Virus record (IMG/VR): IMGVR_UViG_3300034072_001093
Span: 1-64,000 of that record
From: a virus
Strand: one strand, 5' to 3'
DNA length: 64,000 nt
A program made the position numbers and the translations under genes. Positions 1 to 8,724 of the stretch are shown here, piece by piece; within the stretch, counting starts at the first letter, position 1; each line of letters begins with the position of its first letter. The notes under the pieces are model-generated. The model did no database searches. It was not told where the DNA came from and saw nothing but the letters and a program-made list of their open reading frames with translations.

Positions 1-3000
1 TGGGAAGCGATCGGCGACGCCGGCGACTGGGGCCTCAATGTGTCGCCCAGGGGCTTCACGGGAGGCCGCTGGTTCAATGGCCGTGACAACCTCATTTACA
101 ACGGTCCTCTCAACGCAATCAAGCAGAACTGGGCCGGTAGGAAGCTGCGTGTTCAGTGCGAAGCATATAATGCCGAGAACGCATGGCAGCTGCGCGCTGG
201 CGTGTTCTGCTACGGCGCCGACGGCAACATTGTTCCAGGCGGTTATGTCAGCGGTGCGGTAGCGGAACCGGGACACGGCTGGGCCTATGGCGACTTTGAG
301 ATCACCGTTCCCGAAAACACTGTATCCATCAACCCGTGGGTGCAGATTTCGAACGGTGGTCCGATTGGTGCCAGCCGCGCGCTGGTGACCTATTTCGCCA
401 TCTTCGACGTCACCGAGAGCAAGGCTGCCAAGAGCAGTGCTGACGTTGCTTCGAATGCCGCGAGCACGGCTGACGGTCACCGAGCGGAAGCAGTCACACA
501 AGCGGGCCTGGCAGCAACCTATTCCAACGAGGCGCTGAAGCGAACCTCCGCCGCGGGCATTCCCTCCTGGCTGAAGAACGACGACTATTGGCATTGGACC
601 GAAGGTTGGAACGATCAGGTCTACTACTCCAGCGACAACGGCCGTCATTACATGAACCGGGTGTTCCCGGCGAACAGCTATTCGCTGGTTCGCAACCGTT
701 ATCCTATGGCGGTTGTGCCGGGCATGAAGGTGCGCGCTACGGCCAATGTCGGCAACTGGAACGCCGGAATGCCGAACGCCACCAGTATCCTGCGTTTCGC
801 CTGGTATGTGAATGGCGAACGCCGCCTCGACTATGGCAGCGCAGGCTCGAAGCCGATCCCCAATCAGCATGTCATCGAGAACCATGTCAACGAGTTCACG
901 GTCCCGGCAAACTGCACCGAGTTGTTCCTCGAGAGCTACATCGAAGGTCGTGGCTCCGACGAGACGCGCCGGGAGTTCCTCTGGTGGGATCTCAAGCTCG
1001 AGGACGTAACCTCCGAGCTGGCTGCAAAGTCGAGCGCTGATGCTTCGAGCTCCAGTGCCACGACCGCTGATGCTCACCGGGCAACTGCACTAGAGCACAG
1101 GAACCAAGCTGCGACCTTCGCTGCTGGAGCACAGTCGGCGTTCGATGCCAGCTTCCCTGCCTCGTTCGACGAGACGGGTCGCAAAGCATACCAGTTCGAC
1201 ATCCCGGTCACCCGTTGGCACGGCCCTGGAAGCAACTGGCCGTCTGGTCCCTGGCTCACTGAATATGGATCTGGCGCTGTCACCGGCGAGTTCGGCATCC
1301 GCCACAAGGCCATCCACAACAAGGTCTCCGGCAGGCGCATCCGTGTCTCGGCGTGGGTCTACACCAACGCCTCGAACATGACGTTCTTCATCGGGGCGGC
1401 ATCGTCGGACAACGCTGACCTGTCGGCGAGCGTGTGGAATGGGCATGGGCGCAGCGAGCCGGCCACGTCTGCTCTTCTGAAGCCACCCCTTCACACCTTC
1501 CACAAGATGGTGACGGAATACGACATCGACGCTGACGGCTTCCGTCAGTTCATGTGGTTCTACGTCGGGTGTCGCCCTGACGCAGGGCAGACGAACAATA
1601 GCAGCTTCCACACCGGCCCTATCCTGATCGAGGACATCACCTCGGAGTTTGCCTCCAAGGCCAGTGCTACGACTTCTGCGAGCAGTGCTGCCACGGCCGA
1701 TCGCCATCGTGCTGATGCGGCTGAAGAACGTCGCATTGCCGGTGAGTTCAAGGGTGCAGCCGAGACCGCAGCAAATGCCGCTTCGGGTAGTGCGATCACC
1801 GCTTCGGGTGCCGAAAGCCGCACGCTGACCTACGCAACCCAGGCGTCGAGCTTCGGTGCGCAGGCGCTCAACAAGAATGCTTTCTTCGCTGCGCCGTTAT
1901 GGACCGGGAGCGTTCCGCCTCTTTGGTATCACTGGACAAATGAGGGTGGCGCGTACATCGGAAAGTATGGCTCCAATGCCGACCGACCCAACCCCTATGG
2001 TCCCGAAGCATTGCAGATGGACCGCAATTCCGGTCCCAGCGGTATCCGGGCCGCTCTTGGGCCGCTGGGCGCAGGATGGTATGTCATTGAGGCCGACCTG
2101 TGGGTGCAGGACGGGTCTTGGCGCGGCGCGGGTCTGCACTACAATTTCGACAATGGCTACTACGGCAACCTTGACTTCGGCACGGAACCCGACACCAACG
2201 ATTGGACCTTCGGTGGCGGCCTGTTCGTAAACCGCAAATTTTCCAAGCTGATCCACAATGGCACGTCCTCGCCGGGTGGCAACTTCTACGCAATGGCGGG
2301 CTGGGATGGTTTTGCCGGTTGGAACGGCTCGACGGGTTTTGCTCGCACCATTTGGCACAAGGCCCTGCTGCGGCCCGCTACCTCGCAGGAAATCGAAGCG
2401 CGCAAGGCCATGACCGCTTCGATTTCCAACGACGCGAGGATCACCACCGAGGTCGCTACCCTGAATACGGCCATCGGTGCTGTGGCGGGAAGGGCGACTA
2501 CGCTTGAGGCACGCGCTCTGGCTGGGGGCAATATCCTTTCGAACACCACGTTCCTGACCATGGACGGGTGGGGCACCTATCAGTATGGGGGGCACTCGGC
2601 CGGCTTCAGCATCAATACGGCAGGGGATGCCTGGCATCCCGTAGGCGAGAATGTGCTCGGGATGCACCAGGGCCAGGCAGCGATCGCCGACCCCGGCAGT
2701 CAAGCTGGTAACTATTTCTCGGAACATTTCCCTGTGATAGGTGGAAGCTACATCCAGCATTATTGCTTTGTAGCGGGGCATCGGGTGCACGACTTCAATG
2801 TTTTTCTGGAGTTCTACGACAGCAATAGAACATTGCTGGCATACAGCTTTAGCGATCAGGTCGTGAATGGTGACCGTGGCGGAACCAACCCCAATGCCTA
2901 TGATCGTCTCGGTGTGAAATCCTATCGTGTGCCTGACAACGCCGTCTCAGCTTGCCTGGTTCTTCGCAAATACGGCACGAGGACTGGACATGGTGACAGC

Positions 3001-4050
3001 TATGCCTGGTTCTGGCGTCCATATGTCGGTGCGGCTCGTCAGGGCCAGACCGAATGGAACCCGTATTCGCCCGGCAGTGGCAACGCGGTGCAAAAGCAGA
3101 TTGGTGCTCGTGTTAGCGTGACCGAGAGTGCTGTTGCAGGACTTGAAGGAGCAGCTGCTCACTACAGCATCGTTGCTGCTGCCACTGGTTCCAATGACGC
3201 AGTGGCTCAGCTGACGGCGGGCAAGAACGGCTCGGGCATCAACCTGGTCAGTGACAAGCTCACGATCAAGAACAAGGTCAATGGCCAGCTCATCGATGTG
3301 GTCACCGTGGAGGGTGGTGAGGCCAAGATCCGTGCAGCGGCGATCCGCAATGCTCGTGTCGGTCCTCGATCGAACTCGCAGATCCTGCTGCCGGTCATGC
3401 TGCGGCCGCTGATCCGCCTGGGGAGCCATGGGCAGACGGTCTACTACCAGAACGGCGAGACCTTCGGTGCAAACCCGGAGAACATCGTTGCAGACCAGAA
3501 TGGGCTGCCGGCACTCCAGCTAGGCGAGAAGTATGACATCAAGGCGATCAACATCACCCCGACGCACTTCACCGCCCATGTGACCAAGATCACGGCTGCA
3601 GATCCGGTCACCCAGACGGCGACCACTGGGGAAAATGTGGGAGGAACGCCCCAGTGGCGCTCGCACAAGCAGACCGCTCTCGATGCCTATAACGGCCTCT
3701 ACCAGTATAGCTTCACCATCTCGGGAACCCTGATCTCCTCGGAGAACGGTGTGAACGAATGGTATGCTGCTGGCCAGATCTACCTGGCCGACACCAACGG
3801 CAACATGCAGCTGGTGGGTGGCTATGACGAGAACTGGGTGACCAACGGCGGTGGGACCCGATCGATCACTGTCACGATCAACACCAGCATGGCTGTCGGC
3901 CAGACCGGTGGATACGAGTTCGGTGTTCACCCGACTGCAGGTGGCATCACCAACTTCGTCAACGTCATCTACTCGACCCAGGTTCAGAGCAACGTAACAG
4001 CGCTTGGCGGAGCTGTTCCGTGGATCATCACCCCGCCGACACCCGATTGA
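1..4050 (+). CDS. Modular tail fibre / receptor-binding protein (5'-truncated by window)
   Basis: Frame 1 is open from base 1. Trp/Tyr/Gly-rich beta-sandwich-like modules of about 200 aa are separated by conserved Ala/Ser-rich linkers (xxD[VI]TxxxAxKxSA...TADxHRA). Lies upstream of the lysis and portal genes, as in N4-like late regions. Confidence 0.75.
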   Translation, partial: WEAIGDAGDWGLNVSPRGFTGGRWFNGRDNLIYNGPLNAIKQNWAGRKLRVQCEAYNAENAWQLRAGVFCYGADGNIVPGGYVSGAVAEPGHGWAYGDFEITVPENTVSINPWVQISNGGPIGASRALVTYFAIFDVTESKAAKSSADVASNAASTADGHRAEAVTQAGLAATYSNEALKRTSAAGIPSWLKNDDYWHWTEGWNDQVYYSSDNGRHYMNRVFPANSYSLVRNRYPMAVVPGMKVRATANVGNWNAGMPNATSILRFAWYVNGERRLDYGSAGSKPIPNQHVIENHVNEFTVPANCTELFLESYIEGRGSDETRREFLWWDLKLEDVTSELAAKSSADASSSSATTADAHRATALEHRNQAATFAAGAQSAFDASFPASFDETGRKAYQFDIPVTRWHGPGSNWPSGPWLTEYGSGAVTGEFGIRHKAIHNKVSGRRIRVSAWVYTNASNMTFFIGAASSDNADLSASVWNGHGRSEPATSALLKPPLHTFHKMVTEYDIDADGFRQFMWFYVGCRPDAGQTNNSSFHTGPILIEDITSEFASKASATTSASSAATADRHRADAAEERRIAGEFKGAAETAANAASGSAITASGAESRTLTYATQASSFGAQALNKNAFFAAPLWTGSVPPLWYHWTNEGGAYIGKYGSNADRPNPYGPEALQMDRNSGPSGIRAALGPLGAGWYVIEADLWVQDGSWRGAGLHYNFDNGYYGNLDFGTEPDTNDWTFGGGLFVNRKFSKLIHNGTSSPGGNFYAMAGWDGFAGWNGSTGFARTIWHKALLRPATSQEIEARKAMTASISNDARITTEVATLNTAIGAVAGRATTLEARALAGGNILSNTTFLTMDGWGTYQYGGHSAGFSINTAGDAWHPVGENVLGMHQGQAAIADPGSQAGNYFSEHFPVIGGSYIQHYCFVAGHRVHDFNVFLEFYDSNRTLLAYSFSDQVVNGDRGGTNPNAYDRLGVKSYRVPDNAVSACLVLRKYGTRTGHGDSYAWFWRPYVGAARQGQTEWNPYSPGSGNAVQKQIGARVSVTESAVAGLEGAAAHYSIVAAATGSNDAVAQLTAGKNGSGINLVSDKLTIKNKVNGQLIDVVTVEGGEAKIRAAAIRNARVGPRSNSQILLPVMLRPLIRLGSHGQTVYYQNGETFGANPENIVADQNGLPALQLGEKYDIKAINITPTHFTAHVTKITAADPVTQTATTGENVGGTPQWRSHKQTALDAYNGLYQYSFTISGTLISSENGVNEWYAAGQIYLADTNGNMQLVGGYDENWVTNGGGTRSITVTINTSMAVGQTGGYEFGVHPTAGGITNFVNVIYSTQVQSNVTALGGAVPWIITPPTPD

Positions 4051-4061
4051 GGACAAAAAAT

Positions 4062-4214
4062 ATGAGTATCGAACTGATCTTCGCAATCATCCTGGTTTCC
4101 CTCCTGGCTCTTTTGGGCTACCGTATTTTCAAGCGGGAGCGGGTCTCCCGCAAGGATGGCAAGATCTCTGGCGGACACGCCAATGGTCCCAATCCCCATG
4201 AGCGCCTGAAGTAA
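4062..4214 (+). CDS. Small single-TM membrane protein
   Basis: GAGGA SD then ATG at 4062. Hydrophobic segment LIFAIILVSLLALLGY followed by a basic tail. Confidence 0.6.
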   Translation: MSIELIFAIILVSLLALLGYRIFKRERVSRKDGKISGGHANGPNPHERLK

Positions 4215-4259
4215 GCGCCCAGAACCTCCCAAAAACAGAACATAAAGCGGAGTTTTTCC

Positions 4260-4577
4260 ATGACTGACACCCCTGTGACGGTCGACGAGCTGAACGCCAT
4301 GCAGGCCGAGCTCGATCGCCAGAAAGCCAACCTGATGGTTGGCAAGATCGACGAAGCGCTGATGGAGCTGACTTCGGCCGACATCGACAATCTCGCCAAT
4401 ACCCTGACCGAGCTTGCTTCCGGCATGGTCAACGGCAACTCGAAGACCCAGATGATGAACACGGTCTCGATGATCCGGACGATGCCCAACATCCTCAATC
4501 ATGAGCGAAGCACATTCAATGCGGTCCTGAACCCTCCGACCACACCGGGAATGGTTACTCCGCCCCCGATGCCGTAA
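4260..4577 (+). CDS. Hypothetical protein (possible tail fibre accessory/chaperone)
   Basis: GGAG SD, phage-like codon usage, followed by a terminator-like hairpin. Confidence 0.65.
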   Translation: MTDTPVTVDELNAMQAELDRQKANLMVGKIDEALMELTSADIDNLANTLTELASGMVNGNSKTQMMNTVSMIRTMPNILNHERSTFNAVLNPPTTPGMVTPPPMP

Positions 4578-4590
4578 GCATCTGGAATGC

Positions 4591-4631
4591 GACGAACTCC
4601 GCGGTGATCTGATTGCCGCGGAGTCGTCTTT
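4591..4631 (+). terminator. Rho-independent terminator-like hairpin
   Basis: Stem ACTCCGCGGTGAT/ATTGCCGCGGAGT with GACG/CGTC extension, then TTT. Confidence 0.55.
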
Positions 4632-4694
4632 CAGGTATGTAGCTGAGCTTCAGCACACAGCCCGACCAAAGAACAAAACATAAGGTCCACGGGC

Positions 4695-5099
4695 ATGTCT
4701 ATGCTTACTGAGCTGGGCGGAATCGTCCCCGCGCTCAAATCTCTCGGCGGTATCTCATCCTTTGGATTTGGCGCCTTCATCGCGTTCAAGTTCATCCAAT
4801 GGGCAACCCAGACTCTCCATGGTCGGGTTGACAAGAGAGAAGCCGATCTCATGCAGAAAGAAGCGGATTACCGCTCCCGGACCGATGCCCAGCTCCAGGC
4901 TCTGGTGGTGCGTGTGGACCGCATGGAGCGGGACAACGATGTCCTCTTCGGCGTCGTTACATCCATTTTGGACCGACATCCGGTGGCCATCATCGGCCGC
5001 CAGCTGCGTGCAGCCTATCCCGTTCCCACTGAAATGTCGCCTCGGATGGCGGCTCTCCTGGCTCGCCTTGAGACCCAAGAACACAATCAGGTAAACTGA
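4695..5099 (+). CDS. Membrane-anchored coiled-coil protein (holin/antiholin candidate)
   Basis: N-terminal hydrophobic segment GISSFGFGAFIAFKFIQW then a coiled coil. Immediately upstream of the endolysin. Confidence 0.55.
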   Translation: MSMLTELGGIVPALKSLGGISSFGFGAFIAFKFIQWATQTLHGRVDKREADLMQKEADYRSRTDAQLQALVVRVDRMERDNDVLFGVVTSILDRHPVAIIGRQLRAAYPVPTEMSPRMAALLARLETQEHNQVN

Positions 5100-5109
5100 G
5101 GAATCCCAC

Positions 5110-5826
5110 ATGTCGAACAAGCAGAAGGTCAGAGATCTCCAGCTCTGGCTCAACTCGAAGGGTGCCAACCTCAACCCCGATGGGGTTGGCGGTCCCCGCA
5201 CCCGGCAGGCTATTCTGGACGTCTTCCGGTATCGCTGGGCCAATGCCATCAACACGGCGTCGATCGTCAAGTTCGCTGCCCGCCTGGGATGCACCACGGC
5301 ACAGATCCGAGCCGTCTCGGAGGTCGAGGCTCCCGGTGGTGGTTGGGACAGCGCTGGCCTGCTCACGGCGCTCTATGAGCGCCATTATGGTTGGAAGCGC
5401 TGGATGATCCACATCCCCCTCCTCTCGAACCCCAAGCCGGGTGGCTACACGATCGATGTCGATCGGGATGGTATCAACGACAGCTGGGAAAAAGTCGCCG
5501 ATGCTGCATGCCGGTTCGGCATGGAAGCCTTCGAGTGTGCCAGCTGGGGCAAGTTCCAGATCATGGGTGCCTGGTGGAAGAAGCTGGGATACCCGTCGGT
5601 GCTGGACTTCGTGTTCGCGCTCTCGCGTGACGAGACCGAGCATTACGAGGCCCTGGTTCGGTATATCGAGCGCTTCGGCCTGATCAACGCTGTCCGGCAG
5701 ATCTCGGACAATCCCAGGGACTGCGTTGCCTTTGCCAAGGGCTACAACGGTCCGGGCTATGCAAAGAACCAGTATGACGTGAAGATCGCCCGCGCTCATG
5801 CTCGCCACAAGTGGATGGACGCATGA
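5110..5826 (+). CDS. Endolysin, N-acetylmuramidase (DUF3380-type) with N-terminal peptidoglycan-binding domain
   Basis: Motifs AVxxVE, LYERH, SWGKFQIMG and FAKGYNGP. N-terminal LQxxL...DGxxGPxT matches the PG-binding motif. Confidence 0.9.
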   Translation: MSNKQKVRDLQLWLNSKGANLNPDGVGGPRTRQAILDVFRYRWANAINTASIVKFAARLGCTTAQIRAVSEVEAPGGGWDSAGLLTALYERHYGWKRWMIHIPLLSNPKPGGYTIDVDRDGINDSWEKVADAACRFGMEAFECASWGKFQIMGAWWKKLGYPSVLDFVFALSRDETEHYEALVRYIERFGLINAVRQISDNPRDCVAFAKGYNGPGYAKNQYDVKIARAHARHKWMDA

Positions 5827-6116
5827 ACCAGCTGCCTTCCATCATGAGCCATGACGGGCGCAGGGCATGGGCATTCGCTGCCCTGATCTGTGCCTGTGGG
5901 ATCTTCACCGCCTTCGCATCGATCGGTGTCTACCTGGTCAGCGAGAACCTCAAATACAGCTTCTATCTGGCCCTGGCTGCCCACGCTCAGTTGTTCGTTG
6001 CCCTTGGTGGCATCGTCGCTCTGCTGGTCCGTCGATCGGTCAAGATCACCCGCAGTGGTGCTGAGTTCGCTGACCAGGAAGTCAGGGGGGAGTCGGAGCA
6101 GATCACGAAGTCCTGA
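5823..6116 (+). CDS. Putative holin (2 TM)
   Basis: ATGA overlap with the endolysin stop. Two hydrophobic helices and a charged C-terminus. Confidence 0.6.
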   Translation: MNQLPSIMSHDGRRAWAFAALICACGIFTAFASIGVYLVSENLKYSFYLALAAHAQLFVALGGIVALLVRRSVKITRSGAEFADQEVRGESEQITKS

Positions 6117-6150
6117 GCTACCCAAACCCAGACCAAAGAGACCAGACCAC

Positions 6151-7305
6151 ATGCCATCCATCCTTGACCAGGCGGAACTCCGCCGAACTGTCGAGCTGTA
6201 TCATCAGAACGACCAGAATGTTCGCAAGACCGCCAAAGCCATGGGCTTGCACCCGAGCAATGTATCTCGCCGGCTGACCGCTGCTACCCGTCAGGGTCAT
6301 GCACCGGGCCATTTCGATAACGGTGTCGCCCCCGGCAACATCATGGGCAAGGTCACCATTGCCCGGAACAAATACGGTGAGATCGAGCGGACCTGGGAAC
6401 GCCAGCACCCCGATGAGTGGCAGCACATCGAGGACCTGATTATGTCCAGGGTCGACGGCGTGAAACCGATCGATCGGATCAAGGCCCCCAAGAAGTTCGG
6501 GCCTGCTCAGCTACTGAACCAGGTGACAATCGCTGATGGCCATGTCGGTGGCTATGCCTGGGCTCCCGAGACCGGTGGTCCGAACTGGGACCTCGACATT
6601 GCCCACGATCAGCTGCTCGGTGGTGCCACCTGGCTCATGGACAATATGCCCGATGCCGAGAACCTCGTGTTCAACGTCCTGGGCGACTTCCTCGACACCG
6701 ACGGCTATGCGCCTCTGACGCCTGCCAGCAAGCATCTGCTCGATGTCTGCGGCCGCTTCCCTCAGATCGCCGATGTTGGGGAGTCCGTGATCGAACAGGC
6801 AGTGATGCACGCTCTGCATCGCTACAAGCACGTCACCGTGGTCATCAAGCCGGGGAACCATGATCCTCTCTCGGCCTTCTGGATGCGAAAGCTCCTGACC
6901 AGGATCTTCAAGAATGAGCCCCGGGTCACGGTTGATCCGTCGATCCGGCCCTACTGGGCGATGCTCTTCGGCAAGACGATGATCTGCTCCCACCATGGCG
7001 ACAAGGCCAAGCTGGAAGCTCTGCCCGGCATCTTCGCTGCCGATTTCGCCGAGATGTGGGGACAGGCTCGATACCGGATCTGCCACACCGGCCACCTGCA
7101 CCACAAGCACACGCTCCTGACCCAGGGCAAGGAGCTTCGGGGCATGATGGTCTACCAGCATCCGACCCTTGCCAAGAACAACGCCTGGGCCGCGGATCGG
7201 GCATTCAACTCGGCCTATGAGCTGCTGGGCAACACCTACCACTGTGGCGGGGCAATGCCCCAGACGCTGCACTATTCCCGCGAACTCCTGGGACTGGCAG
7301 CATGA
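6151..7305 (+). CDS. HTH-fused calcineurin-like metallophosphoesterase
   Basis: N-terminal HTH (NVRKTAKAMGLHPSNVSRRL). Motifs DxH (IADGH), GD (LGDFLD), GNHD, HGD and GHLHH. Confidence 0.85.
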   Translation: MPSILDQAELRRTVELYHQNDQNVRKTAKAMGLHPSNVSRRLTAATRQGHAPGHFDNGVAPGNIMGKVTIARNKYGEIERTWERQHPDEWQHIEDLIMSRVDGVKPIDRIKAPKKFGPAQLLNQVTIADGHVGGYAWAPETGGPNWDLDIAHDQLLGGATWLMDNMPDAENLVFNVLGDFLDTDGYAPLTPASKHLLDVCGRFPQIADVGESVIEQAVMHALHRYKHVTVVIKPGNHDPLSAFWMRKLLTRIFKNEPRVTVDPSIRPYWAMLFGKTMICSHHGDKAKLEALPGIFAADFAEMWGQARYRICHTGHLHHKHTLLTQGKELRGMMVYQHPTLAKNNAWAADRAFNSAYELLGNTYHCGGAMPQTLHYSRELLGLAA

Positions 7306-8114
7306 ACCTCATCCTGATCTTCGTCGCTGGGTTCCTCAGCGTCTTCGCTCTGGGATTCCAGTCCCGCAACGTCAACCACGGGAACTATGGCTGGGCAGCC
7401 GGCACGTCGTTCCTGATCGGGCTGAGCCAGGCCAATCTGTGGGGAGCCCTGCTGAAAGACCTGTCCTGGCTCCCCCAGCTCGTCTATGCTTTCGCTGGTT
7501 GCCTGGGCATTACCAGCTCGATGTATGTGCATCGGCGTTGGATCGTCAAAGCTCCGGCAACCCCCTCCGACCAAAGGGAAACCCAGAAAATGAAACGACC
7601 AAAGATTTTGGTCCTTGGCCATGGACGCCATGGCAAGGACACTGTCGCCGAGCTCCTGCAGCAGCATTACGGGCTGAGCTTCGAAAGCTCCTCCATGTTT
7701 GCTGGCAAGCAGATCATGTTCGAGCATTTCAACCGATCGCCGGACCTGCCGAGTTATGAAAGCTTCGAAGAATGCTATGCTGACCGGGTGAACCACCGGG
7801 GCGAGTGGCATCGTCAGATCTCCGACTACAACAGGCCCGACAAGGCTCGTCTGTGCCGGGAGATCCTCGAAGAGTCCGACATGTATGTCGGGATGCGCTG
7901 TTCGAAGGAATATGAGGCCAGCAAGCACCTGTTCGACCACGTTCTGTGGGTCGACGCTTCCGATCGAGGCATGCCCTACGAGGGCAAAGACAGCTTCAAC
8001 ATCTCCTATGACCCGGATGAGATGCTCTGGATCTCCAACAATGGCGACCTCGACGACCTCGAGCGGGTGCTCAACACGGTGATGTCCTGTCGGGGTATCG
8101 CAGCTGCCCTTTAA
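7302..8114 (+). CDS. Small 3-TM membrane domain fused in frame to a dNMP kinase-like P-loop domain (internal ATG at 7590)
   Basis: Residues 1-~80 are hydrophobic. From 7590 the sequence reads MKRPKILVLGHGRHGKDT, a P-loop of the phage dNMP kinase type. No stop between the two parts. Confidence 0.7.
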   Translation: MNLILIFVAGFLSVFALGFQSRNVNHGNYGWAAGTSFLIGLSQANLWGALLKDLSWLPQLVYAFAGCLGITSSMYVHRRWIVKAPATPSDQRETQKMKRPKILVLGHGRHGKDTVAELLQQHYGLSFESSSMFAGKQIMFEHFNRSPDLPSYESFEECYADRVNHRGEWHRQISDYNRPDKARLCREILEESDMYVGMRCSKEYEASKHLFDHVLWVDASDRGMPYEGKDSFNISYDPDEMLWISNNGDLDDLERVLNTVMSCRGIAAAL

Positions 8115-8120
8115 TTTTGA

Positions 8121-8148
8121 TTGGACTTTGCGAAATGATTGGTAGAAT
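8121..8148 (+). promoter_or_regulatory. Sigma70-like late promoter candidate
   Basis: TTGGAC-16 bp-TAGAAT with an extended -10 (TG), in an AT-rich patch before the spanin and portal genes. Confidence 0.45.
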
Positions 8149-8665
8149 AAGCCTCATCACGGCGCTGAAGTATCTGGTGCCCCTCCTGGTTCTCGCCGGA
8201 GGGGTCTATTGGATCTACAGCTCAGGACAAAGCCAAGGCAAAGCTGCGGTCCAGGCACTCTGGGACAAAGCCAAGCTGGAAGAAGCCACAGAAGTGGCCA
8301 GGCTGAAGAGCGAGATTGCAGATGCTGAAAAGACCCACCGGCAACAAAGCCAGGAAACTGCCGACAAACTCGCGGACTCCGAGATCCGATTTGCTGGCGC
8401 TATCGCTGATCTGCGGACTGATTTCGCTCACCGCATGCAGCAGCATTCCCAAAGAGCCGAGGTTTACCAACGTCTGTCCGACGGCGGAACCGCTGAGCTC
8501 GCATACCTTGCGGGCCATGCAGCCGAACTCGACCGATCTCTTGAAGAGGGTCGACTCCTGGTTGGCGAGCTCCGATCGACTGTTGAACAGCGTGACCAGC
8601 AAATCCTCGGTCTCGCCGACCAAATCCGAGCAGACCGACAACTGATTGGGGTGGCTTCGGAGTAA
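8135..8665 (+). CDS. Rz: Inner-membrane spanin (Rz-like); start uncertain (8135 or GTG 8177)
   Basis: N-terminal TM (LVPLLVLAGGVYWIY) plus a long coiled coil. Directly upstream of portal, like N4 gp60. Confidence 0.8.
   Translation: MIGRISLITALKYLVPLLVLAGGVYWIYSSGQSQGKAAVQALWDKAKLEEATEVARLKSEIADAEKTHRQQSQETADKLADSEIRFAGAIADLRTDFAHRMQQHSQRAEVYQRLSDGGTAELAYLAGHAAELDRSLEEGRLLVGELRSTVEQRDQQILGLADQIRADRQLIGVASE
8322..8645 (+). CDS. Rz1: Outer-membrane spanin lipoprotein (Rz1-like), fully embedded in Rz in the +1 frame
   Basis: Basic N-region, hydrophobic LLALSLICGLIS, lipobox LTA-C, and a Pro-containing mature region. Confidence 0.75.
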   Translation: MLKRPTGNKARKLPTNSRTPRSDLLALSLICGLISLTACSSIPKEPRFTNVCPTAEPLSSHTLRAMQPNSTDLLKRVDSWLASSDRLLNSVTSKSSVSPTKSEQTDN

Positions 8666-8724
8666 CCGGAGCCACTCACTTTTTCACTTCAGAACCGCCG
8701 ACAAAGAAGCGGGATGGGGACACG

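Noticed and set aside
1-4050. Diversity-generating retroelement or invertible shufflon acting on the tail fibre
   Set aside because: No reverse transcriptase, no adenine-variant template repeat, and no inverted cassettes or invertase nearby. The linkers are only loosely similar at DNA level.
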